A DNA stretch of 64,000 bases from Thermoplasmata archaeon. Its GTDB lineage: Archaea; Thermoplasmatota; Thermoplasmata; Lutacidiplasmatales; UBA184. Position 1 is the stretch's first letter. Each line of letters opens with the position of its first letter. Position numbers and translations under genes: made by a program. This document shows, piece by piece, positions 45,090 through 53,628 of this stretch. A model generated the notes under the pieces. It saw nothing but the letters and a program-made list of their open reading frames with translations. It was not told where the DNA came from and made no database searches. The stretch lies in contig DATJUZ010000007.1 of NCBI GenBank assembly GCA_035502035.1, positions 36,423 through 100,422 on the forward strand. Direction: 5' to 3'.

Positions 45090-45255
45090 CGCCCCCCCGG
45101 CGCACCGGAGGTGGCCGCCCATCTTTTCGCTTCGGTCTCGGCCGCCGGGCGCGGGCGGGGGCTCGGGGGTCGTCGCTCCCGGCCAAGCCGCCCCGGCGTC
45201 CCGACGCTCCCTGTCGGGCCGGGGCCCCCGCCCAGCAAACGACTATAGTCCCTGC

Positions 45256-45726
45256 GTGACCCGCCCGGCCGTGGAGGAGCCGCTCGACCCGATCCTCATC
45301 CAGGTCACCGTTCCGCTGCCGCTCCCGATGATCCACGCGGCGCTCCTGGAGCCGCTCCGTCTCCAGGGCTGGCTGTGCGATGCCGCCGTGGTCGAGCCGC
45401 GGGTCGGAGGCGCCTACCGGCTACGCTGGACCGCCGAGCCGGCCTTCGAGAGCCCGGGGACGATCACCCAGCTGACCCCGGACGTCGACCTCGGGTTCCG
45501 CTGGTTTTCCCCGCCGGCGTTCGCCGCGCTGATGAACCAGCCCGAGCCCCGGACCGGCGTCTACGTCCGGCTGCAGGAGTCCCCGGAGGGAGTCGACGTC
45601 ACCCTCGAGCATACGGGCTGGGGGAGCGGCGAGCCGTGGGAGGAGGCGCGCTCCTGGCACTTCCACTTCTGGGACGAGCGCCTCCGTCGGTTCAAGGATT
45701 ACCTCATCCGCGAGGCGTACGGCTAG
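45256..45726 (+). CDS. SRPBCC (AHSA1/START-like) family protein
   Basis: A 156-aa protein with a GTG start. LLEPLRLQGWL...GGAYRLRW...VTLEHTGW matches the Aha1-domain pattern. Confidence 0.75.
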   Translation: MTRPAVEEPLDPILIQVTVPLPLPMIHAALLEPLRLQGWLCDAAVVEPRVGGAYRLRWTAEPAFESPGTITQLTPDVDLGFRWFSPPAFAALMNQPEPRTGVYVRLQESPEGVDVTLEHTGWGSGEPWEEARSWHFHFWDERLRRFKDYLIREAYG

Positions 45727-45980
45727 ACGGCGCCCGCGGACGGCGCATAGACTCGGCACGTCCCTTCCCCGCAGAGGACGCACGGCCCGCTCGGCTCGAG
45801 GCGGACGTTCGACGAGCCGGGGATCGCCCGCGTCACCATGTGCTGGCTCGGGTAATGCCCGCAGCGGCATCGGCCCCTCGGACGCACCGACGGGGCCGTC
45901 GTCGCGCTCGGGCCGCCCACGGCCGGGACACCGGCCCGCGCGTCTAAGAGCCTTCTCGGCTCGGCTATACGCCCGCGCAC
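45723..45980 (-). CDS. possible small Cys-rich (zinc-ribbon-like) protein
   Basis: Third-position GC is about 90% in the C-terminal 50 codons. The sequence CRCGHYPSQHMVTRAIPGSSNVRLEPSGPCVLCGEGTC contains CxC and CxxC pairs. The true start is probably internal (GTG near 45887 or ATG at 45839), because a TATA-like element for the divergent gene lies inside the 5' part. Confidence 0.35.
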   Translation of the reverse strand: MRGRIAEPRRLLDARAGVPAVGGPSATTAPSVRPRGRCRCGHYPSQHMVTRAIPGSSNVRLEPSGPCVLCGEGTCRVYAPSAGAV

Positions 45981-45994
45981 GCTGCGCGCGGCCC

Positions 45995-46699
45995 GTGGAC
46001 GTTCTGGGCTGCGAGCTGCCGGAGGACCGCCTCTACGATCTCGAGCAGGGGGTCTGGTGGCAGGTCGAGCCCGGGGGCATCGGCCGGCTCGGCCTCCTCG
46101 CCAGCGTCGGGGCGTTCGCGGGGGCGTTCCGAGAGCTGGTCTTCCGCCCGGTCGACGGGCCGCTCGACCGGGGCCGGAGCGTCGCGACCGTCGAGAGCGT
46201 CCGCTACACCGGGGCGGTTCGGCTTCCCGTCGACGGCACCGTGGTCGAGCGGAACGCCGCGGTCGTGGCCCGGCCCCGCCTGCTGAACGACCGGCCGTAC
46301 ACCGACGGCTGGGTCGTCCGGGTGCGGCCCCGGCTCGCCGACGGCCCGATCGAGGGCCTCGAGCCGGCGATCGTCGTCCGGCCCCGTCTGGAGGAGGAGA
46401 TCCGCGAACGGCGGATCCGGTGCTGGCCGCTCACCCCCGAGACCGAGCTCATCGAGGCCGGGGCCGAGTGCGCGGCGGTGCTCGTTCGCCTCAACGAGGA
46501 GATCGCCCGTCGGGCTCCGGGCGAGGCGCTCCTTCTCGTCACCGACGACCCGACGAGCCCGATCGAGATGGTCCGCTGGTCGGACCAGACCGGCCACGCG
46601 GTCCTTGCCCACCGCCTGGAAGGGACGCTCCACCAGTTCCTGGTCGAGAAGCTGGAGCACCCGGTCCCTCGGCCCCGGGGACCGTCCGGGGCGCGCTAG
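45995..46699 (+). CDS. GcvH-like / TusA-like fusion protein
   Basis: A 234-aa protein with a GTG start; GCTATAC lies about 25 nt upstream. The N-terminal half resembles glycine-cleavage H protein, with ESVR in place of ESVK. The C-terminal ~75 aa resemble TusA and keep the conserved Cys. Confidence 0.75.
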   Translation: MDVLGCELPEDRLYDLEQGVWWQVEPGGIGRLGLLASVGAFAGAFRELVFRPVDGPLDRGRSVATVESVRYTGAVRLPVDGTVVERNAAVVARPRLLNDRPYTDGWVVRVRPRLADGPIEGLEPAIVVRPRLEEEIRERRIRCWPLTPETELIEAGAECAAVLVRLNEEIARRAPGEALLLVTDDPTSPIEMVRWSDQTGHAVLAHRLEGTLHQFLVEKLEHPVPRPRGPSGAR

Positions 46700-46708
46700 C
46701 GTCGGCGA

Positions 46709-47563
46709 CTAGCGCTCGATCGGCATCCGGACGAGGTTCCCCCATTCCGTCCAGGAGCCGTCGTAGTTCCGCACGTCCGGGTAGCCGAGCAGATAGCGGA
46801 GGACGAACCAGGTGTGGCTCGAGCGCTCGCCGATGCGGCAGTAGGTGATCACCGGGACGTCGGGCCGGATCCCCTGGGCGTGGTAGATCGCCTCGAGCTC
46901 CTCGCGCGACTTGAACGTCCCGTCCTCGCGGACCGCCTGGGCCCACGGGATGTTCTTCGCGCCGGGGATGTGCCCCCCCCGCTGGGCGTGCTCGGTGGGG
47001 TACTCCGGAGGCGCCGTGATCTCCCCGGAGAACTCCTTCGGACCCCGGACGTCGACCAGGCCGAGCTTCCCTGCCTTCACCTCCGGGAGCGCCTTGCGCA
47101 CGTCCTCCAGGAAGACGCGCAGCGCCGCGTCCGGCGGGTGGGCGCGGAAGTGGCCCGGGGTCGGCTTCGCCACCTCCTTCGTCAGCGGTCGGTCCTCGGC
47201 GATCCACTTCTTCCGGCCGCCGTTCATCAGACGGAGCTTCTTCGCGCCGTAGTAGCTGAAGACCCAGAACGCGAACGCCGCGAACCAGTTGTTGAAGTCG
47301 CCGTAGAGGACGAGCGTCGTCTCCTCCGAGACCCCGGCGCGCTGGAACAGGGCCGTGAGCGCCTCGGCGCCGAGGATGTCCCGGCGCGCCGGATCGTTGA
47401 TGTCCTTGCGCCAGTCGAACAGGACGGAGCCGGGGAGGTGTCCGAGCTCGTAGTTCGCCACCGGGTCGTAGTCGACCTCGGCGACGCGGACGCTCGGGTC
47501 GTCTAGGTGCGCTGCGACCCAGTCGGTGTCGACCAGGACCTCGGGGTGGGCGTACGCCGCCAT
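46709..47563 (-). CDS. thiosulfate/3-mercaptopyruvate sulfurtransferase (tandem rhodanese)
   Basis: A 284-aa protein with two rhodanese domains and the active-site loop YCRIGERSSHTWF. Confidence 0.9.
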   Translation of the reverse strand: MAAYAHPEVLVDTDWVAAHLDDPSVRVAEVDYDPVANYELGHLPGSVLFDWRKDINDPARRDILGAEALTALFQRAGVSEETTLVLYGDFNNWFAAFAFWVFSYYGAKKLRLMNGGRKKWIAEDRPLTKEVAKPTPGHFRAHPPDAALRVFLEDVRKALPEVKAGKLGLVDVRGPKEFSGEITAPPEYPTEHAQRGGHIPGAKNIPWAQAVREDGTFKSREELEAIYHAQGIRPDVPVITYCRIGERSSHTWFVLRYLLGYPDVRNYDGSWTEWGNLVRMPIER

Positions 47564-47632
47564 GGCAGTGCCCCCCGAGGCCCCGGCGATTAAATCATCT
47601 GCGGGTGAGTAAAATGCCCGTTCGGGAGCCGC

Positions 47633-47950
47633 TCAGCCGTGCCGGCCCCTCTTCGGAAGCGCCGCGTCGGAGACCTCGACGGTCTCCGGGTCGAAGCCGA
47701 GCCGCCCCAGCTCCTCGCGGATGCGGGCCCGGTGGTCGCCCTGCAGGTAGACCTCGCCGTTGACGACCGAGCCTCCGGTCGCCAGTCGGTTCTTCAGCGT
47801 GCGCGTCGTCTCCTCGAGGTCGACGCCCGGTGGGAAGCCGGAGATGACGGTCGCCGGCTTGTTGTAGCGTCGGGGCTCGGCCCGCACGCGGATCCGGGCG
47901 CTTTCGCGGTCGAGGGCGGAGAGGATCTCGTCGAACTCTTCGTTACCCAT
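47633..47950 (-). CDS. sui1: translation initiation factor aSUI1 (eIF1 homolog)
   Basis: A 105-aa protein. IRVRAEPRRYNKPATVISGF...LKNRLATGGSVVNGEVYLQGDHR matches the SUI1 pattern. Confidence 0.9.
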   Translation of the reverse strand: MGNEEFDEILSALDRESARIRVRAEPRRYNKPATVISGFPPGVDLEETTRTLKNRLATGGSVVNGEVYLQGDHRARIREELGRLGFDPETVEVSDAALPKRGRHG

Positions 47951-48110
47951 GGTCAGAACGCGCTCGCCCCGGTCCCGCCGGGGGGCACGAGCGCTCCGCC
48001 CAACGCCGGGCGGAGCAGCTCGGACCGGTCCGTGCGGCGCGCGGGAGCCGTGGGCAAGTGCACCGAGCAGAGCACCACGTCGGTCCGCATGAACGTTTCT
48101 CTCGCCGCGG

Positions 48111-48899
48111 TCACTGCTCCCCCCAGCGGTAGAGGCGGAGCGTCAGGGTCAGCCCGACCCCCGCGCAGGCGACCAGGAGACCGGCGTACAGCGCCATCTG
48201 CTCGGGCGTCGCGGGGGTGATCCCGAGCGCCCCCTGGGCGAGGAGCGCCGCGTACGTCGCGGGGAGGAAGTGCGCCGCGTCCTGCCAGAGCGGCGGGAGG
48301 ATCCGGACCGGGTAGTACAGCGGCGACAGCATGCCGAGCAGCGTGAACGTCAGGTTGCCGACCGGCCAGATCTCGCGCTGGGAGCGCACGCGGCTCGAGA
48401 TCGCGATGCCGATCGAGCTGAACAGCACCCACATCACCGCGAGGCTCGCGCACAGGACCCCCGCCGCGTACCACGTCAGGGGGTGGCCGTCACCGCGCCC
48501 GACCCAGGCGAGCAGCGCCGTCAGCACGGCGAGCGCGGGCACCATCGCGATCAGGTTCGAGAACGCGATCCCGAACAGGTAGCGGATCCGGCCGAGGGGG
48601 CTCGCGACGAACAGGTCCTGGAGCGAGCACTCGATCCTCCAGGTCGCGCTGTCCCCGAGCACCCAGGAGCCGATGTTCTGCATCGTGAACAGCATCGCCC
48701 CCACGATCTCGAGCGGACGGAGCGACGGGGGCGAGATCAGCGATAGGAAGTAGAGGAAGATGAACGGCAGAAGCACGGGGGTGATCGCCACGGCCGGGTT
48801 CCGGGAGATCCAGCGCCAGCCGACGACGAGGAACGCCGGCAGGGCGCGGCCCCGGGTCGGCACGCCGGGAAACGCTTCGGCGACGCTCGCCCCGGCCAT
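48111..48899 (-). CDS. ABC-2 type transporter permease
   Basis: A 262-aa polytopic protein directly abutting the upstream permease gene. Confidence 0.8.
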   Translation of the reverse strand: MAGASVAEAFPGVPTRGRALPAFLVVGWRWISRNPAVAITPVLLPFIFLYFLSLISPPSLRPLEIVGAMLFTMQNIGSWVLGDSATWRIECSLQDLFVASPLGRIRYLFGIAFSNLIAMVPALAVLTALLAWVGRGDGHPLTWYAAGVLCASLAVMWVLFSSIGIAISSRVRSQREIWPVGNLTFTLLGMLSPLYYPVRILPPLWQDAAHFLPATYAALLAQGALGITPATPEQMALYAGLLVACAGVGLTLTLRLYRWGEQ

Positions 48900-49661
48900 C
48901 TACCGCTCCCTCGCCGTGCGCCGGGCCCAGAAGACCGCCAGGACGAACAGCAGCAGCGACTCGACCCCAAGGCCGACGGCCGCGAGCTCGAGCTCTCCGG
49001 TCGGCGGGTGGACGGCGCCGATCGCGGTCTGGAGCAGCGCCGCGGCCGCGCTCGGGGGCATGAGGAGGACGATCGGACGCAGGTCGACCGGGAACCGGTC
49101 GAGCGGGTAGAACACCGGCGGCAGCACCCCGAAGACGTTGAAGAACAGGCTCGAGTAGGCCCAGATCGCCCGGTTGTCCCGGAACCCGGTCGACAGGATG
49201 TAGCCGATCGACGCGGCGCAGAGCCAGACGCCGAACGCGAGGACGACCAGCAGGCCGACCTCCGCGAGCGTGAGGTGGACGACGAGGTCGGCGAGGACCC
49301 CGACGGCGATCACCGGCGTGAGGTAGACGACCAGGATCCCTGCCGAGAGGCCGAGGAAGTACCCCTCGGCGGTCAGCGGGCTCGCGAGGTACAGGTCGGT
49401 CGCCTTGTGGTCGATGCGTACGTAGGCCGCCTCGTTGAGCACCCGCTGGCCCATCGTGAACATCGAGAAGATCACCGCCCCGAGGAGGGCGACGCCGATG
49501 AGCGCCGGGTCGAGGATCCAGACGAAGACGAGCAGCACGCCCTGCACGACCATCGAGGTCGCCATCGCGAGCTCCTCGTGGGCCTGCACCAGGACCTCGG
49601 TCCAGAGGAATGCCCCGACCCCCCGGAAGGCGCGCGGGGCGTCGGCCGGACTAGTCCTCAT
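48900..49661 (-). CDS. ABC-2 type transporter permease
   Basis: A 253-aa polytopic protein that overlaps the ATPase gene end by 11 nt. Confidence 0.8.
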   Translation of the reverse strand: MRTSPADAPRAFRGVGAFLWTEVLVQAHEELAMATSMVVQGVLLVFVWILDPALIGVALLGAVIFSMFTMGQRVLNEAAYVRIDHKATDLYLASPLTAEGYFLGLSAGILVVYLTPVIAVGVLADLVVHLTLAEVGLLVVLAFGVWLCAASIGYILSTGFRDNRAIWAYSSLFFNVFGVLPPVFYPLDRFPVDLRPIVLLMPPSAAAALLQTAIGAVHPPTGELELAAVGLGVESLLLFVLAVFWARRTARER

Positions 49662-50577
49662 CGATCGACCTCCCGACGACGTTCAGGAACGCCTCCTCGA
49701 GGGTCACCGGCCCGACGGTCGCCGTCAGCCCTTCGCCGACCGCGACGGCCGTCAGCTCGCCGAGCCGCTCCGGCGCGACGATCACGGTGAGCGCCGGCCC
49801 GTCGCTGACGCACGCCCCGAAGCCGCGGAAGCGGTCGATCGACGCGGCCCCGTCGGGCAGGTGGACCTTGAGCGTCCCGCCGACCGAGCGCTTCAGGTCG
49901 TCGGCGGTCCCGCTGACGAGGACCCTCCCGTGCTCGATGATGTGGAGCCGCTGGCTGAGCGCGTCCGCCTCGTCCAGGTAGTGCGTCGTCAGGACGATCG
50001 TCGAGCCGCGGCGGGTCAGCTCCCGGAGCGACGCCCAGACGGCCCGGCGGGCGAACGGGTCCATGCCGATCGTCGGTTCGTCCAGGAACAGCAGCGGCGC
50101 CTCGGTCGCGATCACCGTCGCGACCATCGTCCGCTGGCGCTGGCCCCCGGAGAGGGTGATCGCGAGCCGATCGGCGAACTCATCGAGGCCCATCCGCTCG
50201 AGCGCCTCCTCCGTCCTCGCCTTCGCCGTCTCCCGGCCGAGGCCCCGCGCGCGCAGGTAGGTGTAGATCTGCTCCCTCGGCGTCAGGTGGAAGAACGGCT
50301 TCCCCTCCTGCGGGACGACCGCGATGTACGGCCGGACCTTCTCGGGGTGGCGGTCGACGTCGACGTCGAAGATCTCCATCGTGCCCGAGCTCGGACGCAG
50401 GAGCGTGGAGGCGATCCGCAGGAACGTCGTCTTGCCGGCCCCGTTGCGCCCGAGGAGCGCGACCCGCTCCCCCCGGCGCGCCTCGAGCGAGACCCCGGCG
50501 AGCGCCTCGACCGGCGGCGCGCCCTTGCTGGTGTAGGTCTTGCGCAACCGGACGCTGCGGAGGGCGAGGTCGCTCAC
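49651..50577 (-). CDS. ABC transporter ATP-binding protein
   Basis: A 308-aa protein with a GTG start. It carries GRNGAGKTT, LSGGQRQR and LFLDEPTIGMD. Confidence 0.9.
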   Translation of the reverse strand: MSDLALRSVRLRKTYTSKGAPPVEALAGVSLEARRGERVALLGRNGAGKTTFLRIASTLLRPSSGTMEIFDVDVDRHPEKVRPYIAVVPQEGKPFFHLTPREQIYTYLRARGLGRETAKARTEEALERMGLDEFADRLAITLSGGQRQRTMVATVIATEAPLLFLDEPTIGMDPFARRAVWASLRELTRRGSTIVLTTHYLDEADALSQRLHIIEHGRVLVSGTADDLKRSVGGTLKVHLPDGAASIDRFRGFGACVSDGPALTVIVAPERLGELTAVAVGEGLTATVGPVTLEEAFLNVVGRSIDED

Positions 50578-50874
50578 GAACGCCCTCCCGCCGCCGGGCG
50601 GGCGCGCCGGCCGACCGCTTCCCGTGGATCGAGCTCGGAGGGGGAAGCGGGGGGCTGTGCTAGCCCCACGCCCCTCCGTCGGCCGGGCTCGAGCCCTTCC
50701 GACCGAACGGGGCGTGGCGACCGACGGCCCCGGCCCGCGTCGTCCGCGGGAGGGGTCCCACCGTGCGCCGGGCGCCCGAACCGGTCATTGCGTCTCCTCG
50801 ACGGCCGAGGCGAGCAGGCCCGCGGCTTAACGTCTGCGTCCGAGCAGCGCCCTCGGGGGCCGGGAGCGGCGCGG

Positions 50875-52656
50875 CTAGCGGGGGCCCGCCCGGCGATCGT
50901 CGGCGTCCGAGGAGGACCCCGGGTCGCCGTTCGATCCGTCCCCGTTCCCGGCCTCGCCCTCCGGCCGGTCGGCGTCCGACATCGTCGGGAGCTCGGTGGT
51001 GCCCGTGAACGGCTCCGGGAACTCCGGAGAGCGGAGCCCCGGGGCGCGCGCGAGGTCGACCGGCGCGAGCGACGGCGTCGTCGCGACCCGACAGAGGCGG
51101 CCGAGCGGCTCGTAGAGCCACGTCGGCAGGCTCAGGGACGAGCCGATCCTCCGGAGGTCCTCCTTCGTCAGTTCGCCAAAGACGGCGAGGAGCACGAAGT
51201 AGACGACGAACCCGAGGAACACGGCGGCGAGCAGCTCGACCCCCGACTTCACCGGGAAGACCTTCGTCCGGTTGACGAACGACAGCGTGGCGAACGAGAG
51301 GGCGGCGCTGACGGTGATGCGCGCGATCGACAACGGCTCGATGTGCACGCGGATCAGGGTCTCCATGAAGTAGGTGTTCAGGGTGAGCGCGGCGATCCCG
51401 CTGAGGAGGACGGCGATCGCCGCCGCCTCGATGCCGAGGCCGGCTGGCAGGAGGCCCCACGGGGGCATCAGGAGGCCGACCGCGACGATCAGGACCGCCA
51501 CCTGGGCGCCGGTGATGTACAGTTCGAGCCGCCGACGGCCGATGGCGTCCAGCGCCGAGAGGATGATCTGCGAGAGGGCGAGCGGGATCGCCGCGACGAC
51601 GAGGATGGCGAGCGGCCACGCCCCGCTCGAGGCGTAGAGCCGGTTAGCGAAGACGTTGAGGAACGTGTAGCGGTACGTGACGAGCGCCACCACCCCCGGC
51701 ACGAGCAGCATCGCCGAGTAGCGCAGGGCGTTCCACGTTCCGGAGCGCACGAGCTCGTAGCGTTCCTGCCGATGGAGGCCGGCGAGGTACGGGAACAGCG
51801 GGGTCGCGACCGCCATCGGCACGGAGAGGACGAGCACGCGCCAGCCGTTCGCGGTCAGGAACACGGAGAGCTGGGTCGGCCCGAGGTTCGCGCTGACGAC
51901 GAGCGGGATCATGTTGGTGACGAGGTAGTTGAGCATGAGGCCGCCCATCAACGGCCAGGCGTAGCGGAACAGATGGGTCGCCTCGCGCAGCGCGAAGCGG
52001 CGGATGCGGGACGACACGGCGGAGAAGCTGAAGATCGCGCTCGACGAGGCGCCGATGACGTAGGCGAGGGTGATCCCCTCGAGCGAACGGACGTCGTAGG
52101 CGACGTAGATCAGCACCGGCAGGCGGACGAGCGCCTCGACCAGGGTGGGGAACTGGGCGCGCAGCGAGTTGCCGAGCCCGATGTACATCTGGTTGTAGAC
52201 CGTCGAGAACGACCAGAGCACCGGCAGGCACAGGAAGATCCCGAGCACCTCGAGCTTGGCACCCTCGGCGATCCCCGCGAACGGGGAGATCACGAACAGG
52301 CTGACGCTCGCCGCGACGACCATCATCGTGCGGAGGAGGATGTAGGTGCCGGTGTTGTCGGTCGCCGCCTTCCCGCGCGCGAGGAAGTAGGTGTACGCCG
52401 CGCCGATGCGGAGGTCCCCGATCCCGTTGATCGAGGAGCCGATCAGCAGGAACAGCTGGGCGGTGCCGAGCAGCGCCTGGCCGGTCGGGTTGATCCCGAT
52501 GTGCTTGTAGAGAAAGATGCTGCCGATGACGCCCACGACCTGGATCGCAAGCGCGGTCGCGAAGACCACGCCCGAACTGAGCGTCAGGGAGTGGGCTTGC
52601 TGCGGGACGGCCGGAACGGGACGCGACGGTGCAGCGGTCGGCCCGGTCGCCGCCAA
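50875..52656 (-). CDS. MOP/Wzx-type oligosaccharide flippase
   Basis: A 593-aa protein with about 12-14 TM helices and a long acidic C-terminal tail. The listed start is TTG, so the true start is uncertain. Confidence 0.8.
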   Translation of the reverse strand: MAATGPTAAPSRPVPAVPQQAHSLTLSSGVVFATALAIQVVGVIGSIFLYKHIGINPTGQALLGTAQLFLLIGSSINGIGDLRIGAAYTYFLARGKAATDNTGTYILLRTMMVVAASVSLFVISPFAGIAEGAKLEVLGIFLCLPVLWSFSTVYNQMYIGLGNSLRAQFPTLVEALVRLPVLIYVAYDVRSLEGITLAYVIGASSSAIFSFSAVSSRIRRFALREATHLFRYAWPLMGGLMLNYLVTNMIPLVVSANLGPTQLSVFLTANGWRVLVLSVPMAVATPLFPYLAGLHRQERYELVRSGTWNALRYSAMLLVPGVVALVTYRYTFLNVFANRLYASSGAWPLAILVVAAIPLALSQIILSALDAIGRRRLELYITGAQVAVLIVAVGLLMPPWGLLPAGLGIEAAAIAVLLSGIAALTLNTYFMETLIRVHIEPLSIARITVSAALSFATLSFVNRTKVFPVKSGVELLAAVFLGFVVYFVLLAVFGELTKEDLRRIGSSLSLPTWLYEPLGRLCRVATTPSLAPVDLARAPGLRSPEFPEPFTGTTELPTMSDADRPEGEAGNGDGSNGDPGSSSDADDRRAGPR

Positions 52657-52745
52657 GCTCCCCCCGGCGCCACGGACGGCCGCCGCGTCTTAGCGGCGTC
52701 GGTGGAGGGCGGAGCGGCCCGCTCGAGGGGGGTCCGTCCGGTGGG

Positions 52746-53237
52746 CTACTCGGAGGGGTGGCGCGCGCGCCGGGAGCGGGGAGCCCGTTCGTGCCGGCGA
52801 ACCTGCGCGCGCCGCTGGACCGGGATCCGCCGCTCGCGCGATCGGTGGCTCTGGCGCCAGCGATGGAACTGGGTCTCCGTCTCCGAGGGACGGCAGACCC
52901 AGATCTCCCGGCCGTCCGGGTCTCGGAACATCGCGGACCGGCCGTGGGGGCGATCGGCGAGCGGCTCCTCGAAGACGATGCCCTTACGCCCGAGCTCGCC
53001 GCAGAGCGCGTCGAGGTTGGTCGTCACCGCGAAGACGAGCCGGCTGCCTCGGGCGGGAAGCTCGCCCGCGGAGGCGACCTGGACCGTCAGCAGGAAGGTC
53101 CCCGCGCCGAAGTGGAGCGCTTCCGCCGGCTCCTCGCGCCAGAGCGGCAGGCCGAGCTGCTCGCCGTAGAACTCGCGCGCCTTCTCCAGGTCCCCCACGA
53201 GCAGGCAGAGGTTCAGCGGCTCCGCGAGCTCGATCAT
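52746..53237 (-). CDS. VOC (glyoxalase fold) family protein with a basic C-terminal tail
   Basis: A 163-aa protein. LNLCLLVGDLEKAREFYGEQLGL and AMFRDPDGREIWV are typical of the glyoxalase fold. Confidence 0.75.
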   Translation of the reverse strand: MIELAEPLNLCLLVGDLEKAREFYGEQLGLPLWREEPAEALHFGAGTFLLTVQVASAGELPARGSRLVFAVTTNLDALCGELGRKGIVFEEPLADRPHGRSAMFRDPDGREIWVCRPSETETQFHRWRQSHRSRERRIPVQRRAQVRRHERAPRSRRARHPSE

Positions 53238-53347
53238 GGCGACGGCCGCCGGTAGAGCAACCTCAGGCGAGATAAGACCGAAGGTCGGTCGTGCGGCCGC
53301 GCGGCAGGGACGGCCGCGGACGGCCCCGCCGTCGTCCCGTGGGGGAG

Positions 53348-53507
53348 TGGGAGCACGGGGATTTGAACCCCGATATGCGGGTCTCTCCGCGCGCTCCAGT
53401 CTTTCGTCATGGGGGCGTCGCGCGCCCCTCCGCAGACCCGATCTTCCAGGCGGCCTCGTGGACGCCTGACTGGAGCCCGCTGGTCTGCCAAGTTAGCCTA
53501 TGCTCCC
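53348..53507 (-). tRNA. tRNA-Trp (anticodon CCA) with an ~87-nt intron in the anticodon loop
   Basis: Folded by hand. The acceptor stem is GGGAGCA/TGCTCCC. The T arm is CGGGG-TTCAAAT-CCCCG. The anticodon stem is GCGGG/CCCGC with loop CUCCAG^A after removing 53383..53469. The inferred exons are 53470..53507 and 53348..53382. Confidence 0.75.
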
Positions 53508-53628
53508 ACCCTCGCACCGCCGGGAGAGCGGCGGCGGATAGTCTTTGCGACCCAGAGGGGGACGGTCGTCGGCGCCTCCGACCCCGGGTCCCGAAGGCTT
53601 ATGTTCAATTCGACTTGACTGGAATATC

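Noticed and set aside
42606-45255. An integrated mobile element with att repeats at tRNA-Ala.
   Set aside because: I found no integrase, transposase or phage-like gene, and no direct repeat of the tRNA-Ala 3' end. Only the compositional anomaly is reported.
50540-50830. ORF 50540..50830 (96 aa) and a 42-codon minus-strand ORF in the 300-nt gap.
   Set aside because: Both are Arg/Gly/Pro-rich with no start context or recognisable fold signal, so they cannot be told apart from shadow ORFs.
49435-53169. Very long ORFs such as 49435..53169 (1244 aa), 24730..28179 (1149 aa), 60362..63685 (1107 aa), 57192..60149 (985 aa), 57335..60097 (920 aa) and 56..2266 (736 aa).
   Set aside because: Their translations are Arg/Pro/Gly/Asp-rich low-complexity strings with no family motifs. 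They lie antisense to, or out of frame with, genes that have clear family signatures (flippase, kdpA/Hef, Lhr, UvrB, DUF2079). They are the shadow ORFs expected in DNA of about 70% GC, where stop codons are rare.
53383-53469. A box C/D guide RNA inside the tRNA-Trp intron.
   Set aside because: Only one box-C-like AUGACGA is present. There is no CUGA D or D' box, and no guide segment is correctly spaced relative to C34 or position 39. It stays a question in the findings and is not called as a feature.
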